64,000 bases of DNA from a bacterium (GTDB taxonomy: Bacteria; Eisenbacteria; RBG-16-71-46; CAIMUX01). Below, piece after piece: positions 18,995 through 29,300 of this stretch (positions are counted from its first letter, which is position 1; each line of letters opens with the position of its first letter). The notes under the pieces are model-generated. The model was not told where the DNA came from. It saw nothing but the letters and a program-made list of their open reading frames with translations, and did no database searches. Both the position numbers and the translations under genes were made by a program. The DNA lies in assembly GCA_030431975.1 (NCBI GenBank), contig JAUIHP010000007.1, positions 66,554 to 130,553 on the forward strand, written 5' to 3'.

Positions 18995-19023
18995 TGTTAC
19001 TCTTCCTGAGGTGGAAGGTAACA
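18995..19023. promoter_or_regulatory. Imperfect inverted repeat in a divergent promoter region (possible operator or hairpin)
   Basis: TGTTAC(T)CTTCC-tgaggt-GGAAGGTAACA, 35 bp upstream of the kinase ATG. Confidence 0.35.
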
Positions 19024-19057
19024 CCGTGGGCCAGCCTCCGTTGAAAGCTCTGCCGAC

Positions 19058-22000
19058 ATGACAAGCGACTCACAAAGTCCCGGCCAATCCCATGGGCCGA
19101 CGGAAGGCTTCGACCTCGAATCCAGTGACGGTTCTCGCCGTAGCTTCGTCGACGGTTCGGTCGTAGCCGGTCGGTACCGGATCGACGCCTACCTCGACGA
19201 AGGCGGAATGGGCCAGGTCTATCGGGCGCACGATCTGGACTTGGATGTGCCCCTGGCCCTGAAGACGATTCAACCTGCGGTCGCGGCGAACCCGGCCTCT
19301 CTCCGACGATTCAAGCAGGAGATCCTGCTCGCTCGTTCGGTCAGCCATCCCAACGTGTGCCGCATCTTCGATCTCTGGCGGGACGAAGCGAGCGGAGTCT
19401 CGTTCCTGACGATGGAGCTGCTTGCTGGTCAGTCCCTCGCATCCCGCATCCGCGAGGGAGGCGCGATGGTCCTCGGGGACTGCCTTCTGCTGGTCCGGCA
19501 GATGGCGAACGCGCTCGACGCCGCGCACCGGGCGGGAGTCGTACATCGGGACTTCAAGAGTGCGAACGTCATGTTGGTGCCGACGCAGTCCGGAGAGCGA
19601 GCCGTCATCACGGACTTCGGACTGGCTGTCACGGTTGGAAGAGGGGCTACTGTCCGGAGCGATCGCTCCGCGGGTTCCGATACCACAATCGAAGAAGCGA
19701 CCGACGAGATGTCGCCGCAGGAGTCGGACGCGACGATAGCTTTGTCCCAGGGCCGAGGCGCGATCGTCGGGACGCCGGCCTACATGTCTCCCGAACAGGT
19801 TGCGGGCGGCGTTGTCGGCCCGGCGAGTGATCTCTATGCGCTGGGGGTGGTCCTCTTCGAAATGACGACGGGACGTCTTCCGTTCTCCGGCTCGACACCG
19901 ATCGAAGTTGCACGAGCGCACGTGACGCACACACCTCCCAATCCCGCGGAACTCGGAGTCATAGAGCCGCACTGGGAAGAGGCGATCCTCCGTCTGCTCT
20001 CGAAGGATCCGGCTTTGCGTTACGCCAGCGCGGCCGACGTCGTGGGTGCTCTCGAGGGTCACATCGAGTCGACACCGATGGTCCGTCACTCGTTGCCGTC
20101 GGAACGCGACTCCTTCGTGGGCCGTAGTGCGGATATCGATGCCATCGCTGCCCGGCTGGAGACGGAGGATGGAACCGGCTGTCGTGTCCTTACGCTGCAG
20201 GGCACGGGAGGAACCGGGAAGACGCGGCTTTCTCTTCGCTACGGGTGGGAGAGCCTGTCGCGTTGGCCGGGAGGCGTCTGGTTCTGCGACCTCAGTGAAG
20301 TGCGCAGCGCAGACGGTATTGCTGCCGCGGTGGCATCGGCTCTGGAGGCTCGTCTCAGCGAACGAAACCCGATCGATCACGTCGGCAACATCATGGCCGG
20401 TCGGGGGAAGAGCCTTTTCATCCTGGACAACTTCGAGCAGGTGGTCGAACACGCCGGCGTCACACTCGCAAAGTGGCTGAAAGCGTCTGGAAATACGAGA
20501 TTCCTGGTCACCAGTCGTGAGCGTCTCAGACTCTCGGAAGAGGATGTGTACGCGCTCGAACCTTTGGAGCCGGGTACGCACGGCGTCGATCTTTTTGCCG
20601 CCCGCGCAGCGTCGCACCGTCCCGGTTTCGAGATCGACGACACGAACCGGGAGCTCGTCGCCGACATCGTCCGGCGGCTGGACGGACTACCTCTTGCCAT
20701 TGAGCTTGCTGCATCGCGACTTCGAATGCTGAGTCTCGAACAACTGAGGACACGCTTGGAGGACCGGTTCCGGATCCTGGCCGGTGGGAACCCGGGACGT
20801 CACCAGACGCTGCGAGCGACTCTGGACTGGTCCTGGGAGTTGCTTCGTCCATGGGAACAAGCTGCGGTGGCCCAGGCATCGATCTTTGAAGGCGGATTCA
20901 CTCTGGAGGCTGCTGAAGACGTGATCGATTTGTCGATGTACGACGAGGACCCCTTCGTCCTCGACGTCATCCAGTCCCTGGTGGACAAGAGTTGGCTTCA
21001 CACGAAGTCTGCCCTCGGAGCCTTTCGGTTCAACACGTACGCCTCGGTTCAGGAATACGCCCGCGAGCGCGCGAAGGAGAACGCCACCCGGGACGATGCG
21101 CAGTCGTCCGGGCTCGTCGAGTCGAGGCATGGTGACTTCTATGCCCGGATCGGAACCGAGTCTCTGGCGAGTGTTCAGGGTCCAATGCGGTCGACGGTTC
21201 GTACCGCATTGCTTGCAGAGCGAGACAACCTCGTCACGGCTTGTCGACGGGCAGTCGCCCGCCGCGATGCCAACACGGCGGAAGCTACGTTTCGCGCAGC
21301 GGAGAGTGTGGTTTCCGTGAAGGGGCCGTTCGGTCTGACGGTGGAGTTGGGCCGTCAGGTGATTGAGTTCCTGGACCGCGCGAAATCCGGACGCGCTCTT
21401 GTCTGTATCGGAAACGCGGAAAGGCGTTCCGGGAACGTGCAGAGTGCGCGGGAGTTCTACGAGACCGCGTTTGCCGTGGCTCGAGAGACCGGGGATCGCC
21501 ATCTCGAAGGAACACTGATCAGTCACATCGCTGTGCTCGACGCCAGTGAGGGTCGTGTCAAGGAAGCGGAGGAAGGAATGCTCGGGTCCCTGGCGATCGC
21601 CCGCGAGCTTGGCGACCGGGTCGTGGAGGGCAATGACCTCGGAAATCTCGGTGTCCTTTATGCGACACAGGGCCGATTGGACGATGCGCAAAGCCACTAC
21701 GAGGCGGCCCTTGCGGTACATCAAGCGTCCGGCCACCGCGAAGGTGAGGCCATGATCCTGAGCTCCCTCAGCAATCTGCTCGTCGATCAGAATCGGTTTC
21801 AGGAGGCCGGTAAGCGGTGCACGGATACGACGGAGATCGCCCGCGAACTCGGCAACCATGTACTGGAAGGATACGCGCTCAGCACGTTGGCGCTGATCGA
21901 TCGGCTGCAGGGACGAATCGACGTCGCATTGACGCACAGCATGGCGGCGCTGGAGATCGCGCGCCGGTCCGGCGACCGGCGTTTCGAAGGCTACCTGCTG

Positions 22001-22540
22001 GGAGACCTCGGCGCGCTTTACCACGTGGACGGGCGAATCGACCTGGCTCTCGAAAGCCTGAGGGAAGCACTGTCGATCACGCGCGAGGTTCGAAACCGGG
22101 CCGGAGAAGCCGTCGTCCACAGCAACCTGGCCCGCCTTCTGGCAGACCAGGGTCAGCTCGACGAAGCGCGAGAGCACGTCGAAGTCGCGCTGTCGGTCCA
22201 TCGCGATCTGGGCGACGGGACGGCCGAGGGGATCGCTCTTTCTACTCTTGGTCTGATCGAACGACATCAGGGCAGAATGGATGCCGCCGAGATCTGTTTC
22301 CGTGACAGCGAGTCCATTCTCAGGGAAAGCGACGACCGGATAGAACTCGGGTTGGTCCTTTGTGCCAAGGGGGAGTTCCTCGTTGAAACGTCGAAGCTAG
22401 GAAGTGCTCAGGACGCACTTGTCGAAGCCGAGTCCATTGTGGACGACCTGGCTTTGATGCCGCAGTCACAACTTGTTCGTCGGGTTGCGGCTCTTCGTGA
22501 GGCGATCACCGCCGCCGGCGGGCCGGCGGAAGCGGTTTGA
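19058..22540 (+). CDS. Hanks-type Ser/Thr kinase - STAND (NB-ARC-like) NTPase - TPR repeat protein
   Basis: Kinase motifs GGMGQVY, ALK, HRDFKSANV, DFG and GTPAYMSPEQ; Walker A GTGGTGKT, Walker B FILDNFE, LDGLPLAIELAA; many TPR-like repeats in the C-terminal third. Confidence 0.93.
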   Translation: MTSDSQSPGQSHGPTEGFDLESSDGSRRSFVDGSVVAGRYRIDAYLDEGGMGQVYRAHDLDLDVPLALKTIQPAVAANPASLRRFKQEILLARSVSHPNVCRIFDLWRDEASGVSFLTMELLAGQSLASRIREGGAMVLGDCLLLVRQMANALDAAHRAGVVHRDFKSANVMLVPTQSGERAVITDFGLAVTVGRGATVRSDRSAGSDTTIEEATDEMSPQESDATIALSQGRGAIVGTPAYMSPEQVAGGVVGPASDLYALGVVLFEMTTGRLPFSGSTPIEVARAHVTHTPPNPAELGVIEPHWEEAILRLLSKDPALRYASAADVVGALEGHIESTPMVRHSLPSERDSFVGRSADIDAIAARLETEDGTGCRVLTLQGTGGTGKTRLSLRYGWESLSRWPGGVWFCDLSEVRSADGIAAAVASALEARLSERNPIDHVGNIMAGRGKSLFILDNFEQVVEHAGVTLAKWLKASGNTRFLVTSRERLRLSEEDVYALEPLEPGTHGVDLFAARAASHRPGFEIDDTNRELVADIVRRLDGLPLAIELAASRLRMLSLEQLRTRLEDRFRILAGGNPGRHQTLRATLDWSWELLRPWEQAAVAQASIFEGGFTLEAAEDVIDLSMYDEDPFVLDVIQSLVDKSWLHTKSALGAFRFNTYASVQEYARERAKENATRDDAQSSGLVESRHGDFYARIGTESLASVQGPMRSTVRTALLAERDNLVTACRRAVARRDANTAEATFRAAESVVSVKGPFGLTVELGRQVIEFLDRAKSGRALVCIGNAERRSGNVQSAREFYETAFAVARETGDRHLEGTLISHIAVLDASEGRVKEAEEGMLGSLAIARELGDRVVEGNDLGNLGVLYATQGRLDDAQSHYEAALAVHQASGHREGEAMILSSLSNLLVDQNRFQEAGKRCTDTTEIARELGNHVLEGYALSTLALIDRLQGRIDVALTHSMAALEIARRSGDRRFEGYLLGDLGALYHVDGRIDLALESLREALSITREVRNRAGEAVVHSNLARLLADQGQLDEAREHVEVALSVHRDLGDGTAEGIALSTLGLIERHQGRMDAAEICFRDSESILRESDDRIELGLVLCAKGEFLVETSKLGSAQDALVEAESIVDDLALMPQSQLVRRVAALREAITAAGGPAEAV

Positions 22541-22541
22541 T

Positions 22542-22613
22542 CAGCAAAGCAGCAAAGCAGCAAAGCGGTAGAGCAGCAGAGCGGTAGAGCTGCACAGCGG
22601 TAGAGCAGCAGCT
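22542..22613. repeat. Degenerate 8-bp tandem repeat, 9 units
   Basis: cagcaaag x3, cggtagag, cagcagag, cggtagag, ctgcacag, cggtagag, cagcagct, immediately after the kinase stop codon. Confidence 0.9.
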
Positions 22614-22660
22614 GGCTCGTCCTCCCCACTGGCAGTTGCGCACTTCTTCCGTCTTCCGAC

Positions 22661-23197
22661 TCAGTCCGGCTCGCGGCCGAGGAGCGGGTCGAGTGAATCT
22701 TCGTCGATGCGTGTCCACCGGACCGTCTTGCCGAAGACCAGTGCGACCCGGATGTTGACGTCCAGTTCGTCGGGCGAGACCAGCTCCAGCGTGGTGCTGT
22801 AGGTCTTGTCCCGCGCTTCGACGTAGAACTTGCCGGACTTCCACTCGTTACCGCCGGCGTGGGTGAAGTTGCGAAGGACTTCGGAGCCGATGGCGTTCTT
22901 TGTGTCGAAGGATTCGCCGTCCTCCTCGTACTTGGCCTTCTCCTCTTCGGTGAAGGGGCGTGCCCAGACGATGGTTCCGCAGTACTCCGTGGCTTGATCG
23001 GAGTCATCGCTGGCGTTTCCGGACCGGGGCGCCGCGTCCTCATTGCAGGGCGCGATGACGACTTTGAAAGTGCCTTCGTTGGTGAGCCAGAGACCTTCGA
23101 TGTCGTCCGGGGAGTACGTCGCGTTGGCCGGCATGACAAAGCTGCAAAGAGTGAGAACTGTGATCGAGAGTATGGACATTCCGGTGCGTCCGAGCAT
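22661..23197 (-). CDS. DUF2147-domain secreted protein
   Basis: Signal peptide; IEGLW...VVIAPC...YCGTIVW...WKSGKFY...KTY...FGKTVRWTR. Start at 23197 or 23179. Confidence 0.85.
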   Translation of the reverse strand: MLGRTGMSILSITVLTLCSFVMPANATYSPDDIEGLWLTNEGTFKVVIAPCNEDAAPRSGNASDDSDQATEYCGTIVWARPFTEEEKAKYEEDGESFDTKNAIGSEVLRNFTHAGGNEWKSGKFYVEARDKTYSTTLELVSPDELDVNIRVALVFGKTVRWTRIDEDSLDPLLGREPD

Positions 23198-23420
23198 GCC
23201 GGCGAGCGAGTGTTGGGATCGAACGCAAACGCTAGGGGAATCGTCAGGAAGTACGCGCATCTGAGTGACCTCGAGTTGATAGACAGCATCCGAAAGGAGG
23301 GATCTTTCGAAGCCTCTCGAAACGGTCTCAATCCACCGGTTGTTGTCTTGGAATTCGATCGCGGACCAAGGATGGATGCGTTCCCTTCACGGGAGCACTC
23401 TTCAAAAGAAGGAAGAATCA

Positions 23421-24188
23421 ATGCCGAGTCCGACACTCCTACGGAATCTTGTAGGCGGTTCTGCCATGGCGATCTGCGTTCTCGCTTCCGATGGCCTGGC
23501 AGAATCCAGGCTTCGAGCCGAGCTGGAACTCGGAGCGGTCTGGCAGAGCAAGAACGACGTTCAGATTCCGAACGAAGAAGAGGCCACGCGGTTCTCCCTG
23601 GTCGACCTGGTTGGCAATGCTCCGACGGGAGCCGCCCGTCTCAACCTGCGTTGGACGTTCGCCGAGAAGCAGCAGCTGCATGTTCTGCTGGCTCCTCTCC
23701 AGATTCGGAAGACGGGGACGCCGGACACCGAGATTGTTTTCGCGGGAGAGAGCTTTGAGGCGAACGAAGAAGTCGAGGCGACGTACCGTTTCAACTCTTG
23801 GCGGTTGGGGTATCGCTATCAGCTGATCGACCGGCCAAGTGGAGAGTTCTGGCTGGGGTTCACCGGGAAGCTGCGAGACGCCGAGGTTAGGATAGAGCAG
23901 AGGAACCTGTCGGCAAAGGACGACGACCTTGGCTTCGTCCCGTTGCTGCATCTGGGCGGACGCTACGAGTTGGCTCCTTCCTGGAACGCGATCGTCGAAG
24001 TGGAAGGATTGGCGGGAGGCCCGGGTCGTGCGATCGACGGGACGGTGCAACTTCGGTACGGCGACCCGGATGGGACCGGGATTCGCGTCGGGTACCGGAC
24101 GGTCGAAGGTGGAGCGGATGTGGATCAGGTCTACAACTTTGCCTGGCTCAACTATGCGCTCGTGGGACTGGACTTGAAGCTTCGGTAG
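23421..24188 (+). CDS. Putative outer-membrane beta-barrel protein
   Basis: Signal peptide; NDVQIP, YRFNSWRLGYRY and GYRTVEGGAD..YNFAW amphipathic strands; AAGGAAG upstream of ATG. Confidence 0.75.
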   Translation: MPSPTLLRNLVGGSAMAICVLASDGLAESRLRAELELGAVWQSKNDVQIPNEEEATRFSLVDLVGNAPTGAARLNLRWTFAEKQQLHVLLAPLQIRKTGTPDTEIVFAGESFEANEEVEATYRFNSWRLGYRYQLIDRPSGEFWLGFTGKLRDAEVRIEQRNLSAKDDDLGFVPLLHLGGRYELAPSWNAIVEVEGLAGGPGRAIDGTVQLRYGDPDGTGIRVGYRTVEGGADVDQVYNFAWLNYALVGLDLKLR

Positions 24189-24297
24189 TCGGACTGCGGG
24201 CACGCATCGAGGCTCTCCGTGCTCTTGGACGACCTGCAGCAGCAATTCAACCTAAGTGTGTGGTCACGGCTCGCACCCGCGAATTGCCGATCCGCGG

Positions 24298-25272
24298 CTA
24301 CGGACGAGCTGCCATGTATTCCATGATCACCCCTGCTGTGACCGCGTGACCTTTCTCATTCAAGTGCCACGGATCGTAGTACCGTTCGTTGTGGATCTTG
24401 ATCTCGTCCGGATCGAATTCGGACAGCCCCGGAAGCAGGTCGAGCGGCTCCATCCCCGCACGGCCGGCGACCTCCGCCAGTCTCGCGTGAAGATCCGCCA
24501 ATGAGTTTTCTCCCAAGCTGCGTCCCTCTTCGAAGATTGGATGAATGAGGAACACGACCGGGACTCCTTCCTGCTTTCCAGCTTCCCCGATGGCTTCCAC
24601 GTGCCTTACGACGTCGTCCCAGTAGATGCAGTGAAGCCGGGCATGAAACTCTCCGGGACAATTGCGTCCCTTCAGTCGTTCCCGAACCGAGAAGGCCGAA
24701 CGCCGCACGAAGTCGACCAGGTAACTGCGGGGACGGTGGTGAAACACGCCGAGGTTTCCGTTGGCGTTGTGCATGACCGGATCGGCGGGATCGTTTAGAC
24801 AGTAGCTCCACAGAATGACGTCGGGGTCATAGGTGAAGGCTTCTTCTTCCAGTAGCACTCGTTCCTGCACGGTGGAATAGCCGACGCGGGCGAGGACGAT
24901 GACTTCAACGGATTTCCCGGGAATCTGGAGTGAGTCTTCGATGACGGAGGCGAATCGTACCGAGGGGTCGACGTCGCGGCCGTCGGCCACAGAGTCGCCG
25001 ATGAGGACGATCCGGTAGACGCCGTCCGGTTTGGCCAGTGAATGCTCGTCGTCGATGTAACCCCGCGAGTTCACTTCCGGAAAGTCGGGGTCGTAGGTGT
25101 AGATGAGCCCTGGCGTCGCGGACGGGATTGCCCGCATTCCACCCTCGTCGAACTGGCCGGCAAGCTGCTCCCGCTTTGCGGATGCGACACCGCGGAGGCC
25201 GAACTCCGCAAGACCGAAGAGCAGCAGCAGAACAAAGAGCAACAGCAGCAGGGAAAGTTGACGCGCCTTCAT
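24298..25272 (-). CDS. SGNH/GDSL hydrolase family protein with N-terminal membrane anchor
   Basis: Motifs NSRGY.D, IGDSV, GYST, CLND and DPWHLN. Confidence 0.88.
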   Translation of the reverse strand: MKARQLSLLLLLFVLLLLFGLAEFGLRGVASAKREQLAGQFDEGGMRAIPSATPGLIYTYDPDFPEVNSRGYIDDEHSLAKPDGVYRIVLIGDSVADGRDVDPSVRFASVIEDSLQIPGKSVEVIVLARVGYSTVQERVLLEEEAFTYDPDVILWSYCLNDPADPVMHNANGNLGVFHHRPRSYLVDFVRRSAFSVRERLKGRNCPGEFHARLHCIYWDDVVRHVEAIGEAGKQEGVPVVFLIHPIFEEGRSLGENSLADLHARLAEVAGRAGMEPLDLLPGLSEFDPDEIKIHNERYYDPWHLNEKGHAVTAGVIMEYMAARP

Positions 25273-25437
25273 GACGGTCTCATCGTGGCCACACAACTGG
25301 CCCGCCTCCGATGCGCGTCAGCAAGCTGATTCCGGCTTCGGTTCCCCGAGTTTGTGGTCATTGGAGAGACCCCACTTCCTTGTTCATCCCCCACGAATGT
25401 GCGACCATCCCGGGTTCCGAAACTCCGAGGGAGAGCC

Positions 25438-26226
25438 ATGGTCGGCCCATACAAAGTCGTCATCGAGAGCTTTGTCGCGGGAATCTTCGCGAGTATAGCC
25501 TGCGGCCTGGGCGCGCTCCCTGTCCTCTCCAAGAGATTCGATCCTTCCCGCCGCATTGGTCTGGCCTACGCGTTTGCGGGCGGCCTCATGTTCGCGGCGT
25601 CGACCTATAATCTACTCCTTCCGGCGCTGACGATGGGGGCCGAAGAGGGGGTCAGTCTCGGCCCCGTCGTGAAGACGCTCGTCGGATTGCTGCTGGGATG
25701 TGTCTTCATTTGGCAGGTGGAGAAACGGCTTCCGCACGAAGACGATGGAAGCGCGCTCATGAGGTCCGTCGGAGGCCGAACCGGCGCGTTGGTCTTCATT
25801 GCGATGACGTTTCACTCGATTCCGGAAGGCGTCGCTGTTGGTGTCGGATTTGCCTCCGAGGCTCACCAAGTCTCCTACCAGGACCTCGGCATCTACATCG
25901 CCATGGCCATTGCCATCCACAACATTCCGGAAGGGATGGCGGTGGCTCTGCCGGCGAGAGCGGCTGGCGCTTCCTTCCTGAAGTGCTTCTTTCTCGCCTT
26001 TCTGACCAGCTTGCCGCAACCGATTGCGTCGATTCCGGCCAGTCTCCTCGTATGGTTCTTCGAACCCTTGATGCTCCCGCTCTTCGGCTTTGCTGCCGGA
26101 GCCATGATGTACCTGGTCATCGTCGAACTGATCCCGGACAGCCTGGAGGAAGAGTCGCCGACCCAGGTCTCGTGGGGATTCATGTTGGGCTTTGCACTCA
26201 TGGTCCTGGTCCAGGTCGCCCTCTAA
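25438..26226 (+). CDS. ZIP-family (ZupT/GufA-like) divalent metal transporter
   Basis: Metal-site helices MTFHSIPEGVAVG and AIAIHNIPEGMAV; FAAGAMMY...ELIP. Confidence 0.93.
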   Translation: MVGPYKVVIESFVAGIFASIACGLGALPVLSKRFDPSRRIGLAYAFAGGLMFAASTYNLLLPALTMGAEEGVSLGPVVKTLVGLLLGCVFIWQVEKRLPHEDDGSALMRSVGGRTGALVFIAMTFHSIPEGVAVGVGFASEAHQVSYQDLGIYIAMAIAIHNIPEGMAVALPARAAGASFLKCFFLAFLTSLPQPIASIPASLLVWFFEPLMLPLFGFAAGAMMYLVIVELIPDSLEEESPTQVSWGFMLGFALMVLVQVAL

Positions 26227-26387
26227 GAACGCGCCGAATCCGAAGTCAACCAAGCGGCCTCGTTCCAGGAGACTGTCGTCGGAGTCGGCGGAATCGTCCT
26301 CCACCATCGCCGCTGGCGCCGCTCGCGCCGCTGTAGTGCTGCGGATCGCTGCCGCCTCGCGCTTCCCGGACGAAGTCCTGGCTACAT

Positions 26388-29300
26388 CTACCGTGAACCG
26401 CTCGCACCTCCGTTCCTGAATCGCATCTCCGCGAACAGACTGTAGAGCACCGGCACCATGAAGGTGGTCAGGATGACGAAGACCATGCCTCCAAACGAGG
26501 GGATGGCCATCGGCACCATGACATCCGAGCCGCGACCGGTGGAACTGAGAACCGGGAGCAGTGCAAGTAGCGTCGTTGCGGTCGCCATCAGGCAGGGACG
26601 AATCCTCCTCCGCCCAGCTTCCAAAGCCGCTTTTCGAATCTCATCGACGGACTTCGGTCCCGCGCGGCGGAAGGTTTGATCGAGATAGGTCCCGATGATG
26701 ACTCCATTGTCGGTTGCGATCCCGAAGAGGGCGATGAAACCGACCCAGACCGCCACGCTTAGGTTGAGCGGACGAATGTCGAAGAGTTGGCGCAGGTCGA
26801 CTCCGAAGAAGGGAACATCCAGGAACCAGCCCTGACCGTAAAGCCAGAGAAGCAGGAACCCTCCCGCCCATGAGACGGCGATCCCGGAAAAGACGAGTCC
26901 GGTCAGAGTGACCGACTGGAACTGCAGGTACAGAATCAGAAAGACGAGAGCCAAGGCGAGCGGCAGGATAACGGCCAGCGTCTTCTGCGCCCGCACCTGG
27001 TTCTTGTAGCTTCCCGTGAACTCGTAGCTGACTCCGGCCGGAACGACGATATGACCGTCTTCGATGCGACTGGCCAGGTAGTCCCTCGCGTGCTCGACCA
27101 CATCGACCTCGGCGTAACCGTCCTTCTTGTCGAAGATGACGTAGCCGAGAAGGAACGTGTCCTCGCTCTTGATGACCTGAGGTCCGCGTACGTACCGGAT
27201 CTCGGCCAGCTGGCGAAGGGGAATCTGCGACCCGTCCGGCGCCGCGACGAGGACGCGCTCGATCGATCCGATGTCGTCGCGCAGTTCACGCGGATAGCGA
27301 ACCCGAACGTCATAGCGTGCGCGTCCTTCCACCGTTCGTGTGACGGTTTTGCCGCCGATGGCGGTTTCGATGACGTCCTGGACCTTGGCCAAATGAATGC
27401 CGTGACGGGCGATGGCCTGACGGTCGATGTGGATCTCGAGATAAGGCTTGCCGACGATGCGGTCCGCGACGACCGCGTTGGCTTGCACCGACGGCACCTT
27501 CTTCAGTTCACGTTCCAGTTCGAGCCCGAAGGCCTCGATCGTTTCCTGATTCGGCCCGCGCACCTGGATGCCGAGCGGCGCGCGCATTCCGCTTTGCAGC
27601 ATGACGATTCGTGCTGCGATCGGTTGCAGCCGGGGTGCACTGGTCGTACCGGGGATTCGTGTCACTTCCAGGATCTGGTCCCAGATGTCATCCGGATCTT
27701 GGATTCCCTCCCAGGCCGTCCGGTCCGGGTTGAGTTTCGGATCGAGCGGGGGCCGCCAAAGTCGGAACGGACGTCCCTTCGAATCCGGAATGAGTTCACC
27801 GTTTGCGTCCCGCTCGAAAGCGCCCCGCGCAAGGTACGGTTGTCCGTCGGGAGCCCAGACTTCGCGCCCGTTCAGATCTCGCACCGTCTCTTCGGCGTCA
27901 GCGTCGAAGCGAAACCGCAGACGCTTTCCGTGCGCGTCTTCCAGGTACTCGGGATGGTAGTTGATGACCGTTTCGATCATGGAGACCGGCGCCGGATCCA
28001 ACGCGGAGTCAACCCGACCGATCTTGCCGACGGCGGTACGGACTTCGGGGATCGACTCGATGGCCATGTCCTGCTTTCGAAGAACGTCATAGGCCTCGCC
28101 GATGGACGCGTGAGGCATCGTGGTCGGCATGAAAAGGAAGGAGCCTTCGTCGAGCGGAGGCATGAACTCCTTGCCGAGCCCGGGGAACGCATGAGCGACG
28201 GTAGAGACCAGCGGAGTTGTTCGGACAGAGGTCGGAAGCCAGCCGAAGAACGCGTCGAAACCGACCCAAACCCACGTACCCAGCGCCATGACCGCGATGG
28301 GGATGGCAAGAAACGCACCCTTGTTGCGGAGCGCCCATTCCAGAATCGGGCCATAGGCGCGCTGCAGTGCCATCAAAGCAAGCAGAAGGGAACCGATGAC
28401 GACCAGGACGAACGCGAAGTTGCCGATCAGGCCCCGCTCCGGTCCCAGCGGTTCCCAGAACCGACTGAGCAGGACGAGGACGATCACGGCGATCACCGCG
28501 TTTACCCAGCGTCCCGAGAACTTTCGCGACAGGTTACCTGGCAGGTCGCCTGACCAGCCAGCCGTCGCCGCTTGCGGCGCCGCGCTTCTCCGCCGAAAGA
28601 GAATCTGGGCGATCGCCGGGATGACGAAGAGCGCGATGAGAACCGCGGCTAACAGTGCGAACGTCTTTGTGAACGCCAGTGGACGAAAGAGCTTGCCCTC
28701 CGCTCCTGTCATCGTGAACACGGGGAGGAAGCTGACGATGGTCGTGGCTGTCGCCGTCAAGACGGCACTCGCCACTTCCCGTGTTGCCTTCGATACGACA
28801 TCGAACATGCGAGTCTTGGGACCGGCTCGGTCGAGGTGACGAAGAATGTTCTCCGTGACGACGATGCCCATGTCGACCATCGTCCCGATGGCTATGGCGA
28901 TCCCGGAGAGCGCAACGATGTTCGCCTCGACCCCGAACTGCTTCATTGCGATGAACGACATGAGAACAGCCAAAGGAAGCAGCGCGGAGACGAGGAGAGA
29001 GCTTCGAAGGTGCATGACCATGACCAGGACGACCACGATCGTGATCAGGATCTCGTTGGAAAGAGCGTGCGAGAGCGTTCCCAACGTTTCCTCGATGAGT
29101 TCCGTCCGGTCATAGAACGGGACGATCGTCACCTTGCTGGTCGTGCCGTCGTCCAGCGTCTTGCTGGGAAGTCCTGCCGCGATCTCCTCGATCTTGGCTT
29201 TGACCGACTGAATAGCGGCCAAAGGGTTCTCGCCGTGTCGAACGACGACGACGCCACCCACGGCTTCGGCCCCGCCTTTGTCGAGCACACCTCGCCGGAG

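Noticed and set aside
16192..22540. MoxR-vWA-STAND ternary conflict system
   Set aside because: The ATPase/vWA pair is the widespread Mg-chelatase-like (Rv0958/Rv0959-type) pair, is divergent from the kinase gene, and no VMAP-like third component is seen.
22542..22613. CRISPR array (also considered for 56851-57017)
   Set aside because: No unique spacers between repeats, unit lengths do not fit, and no cas genes are present.
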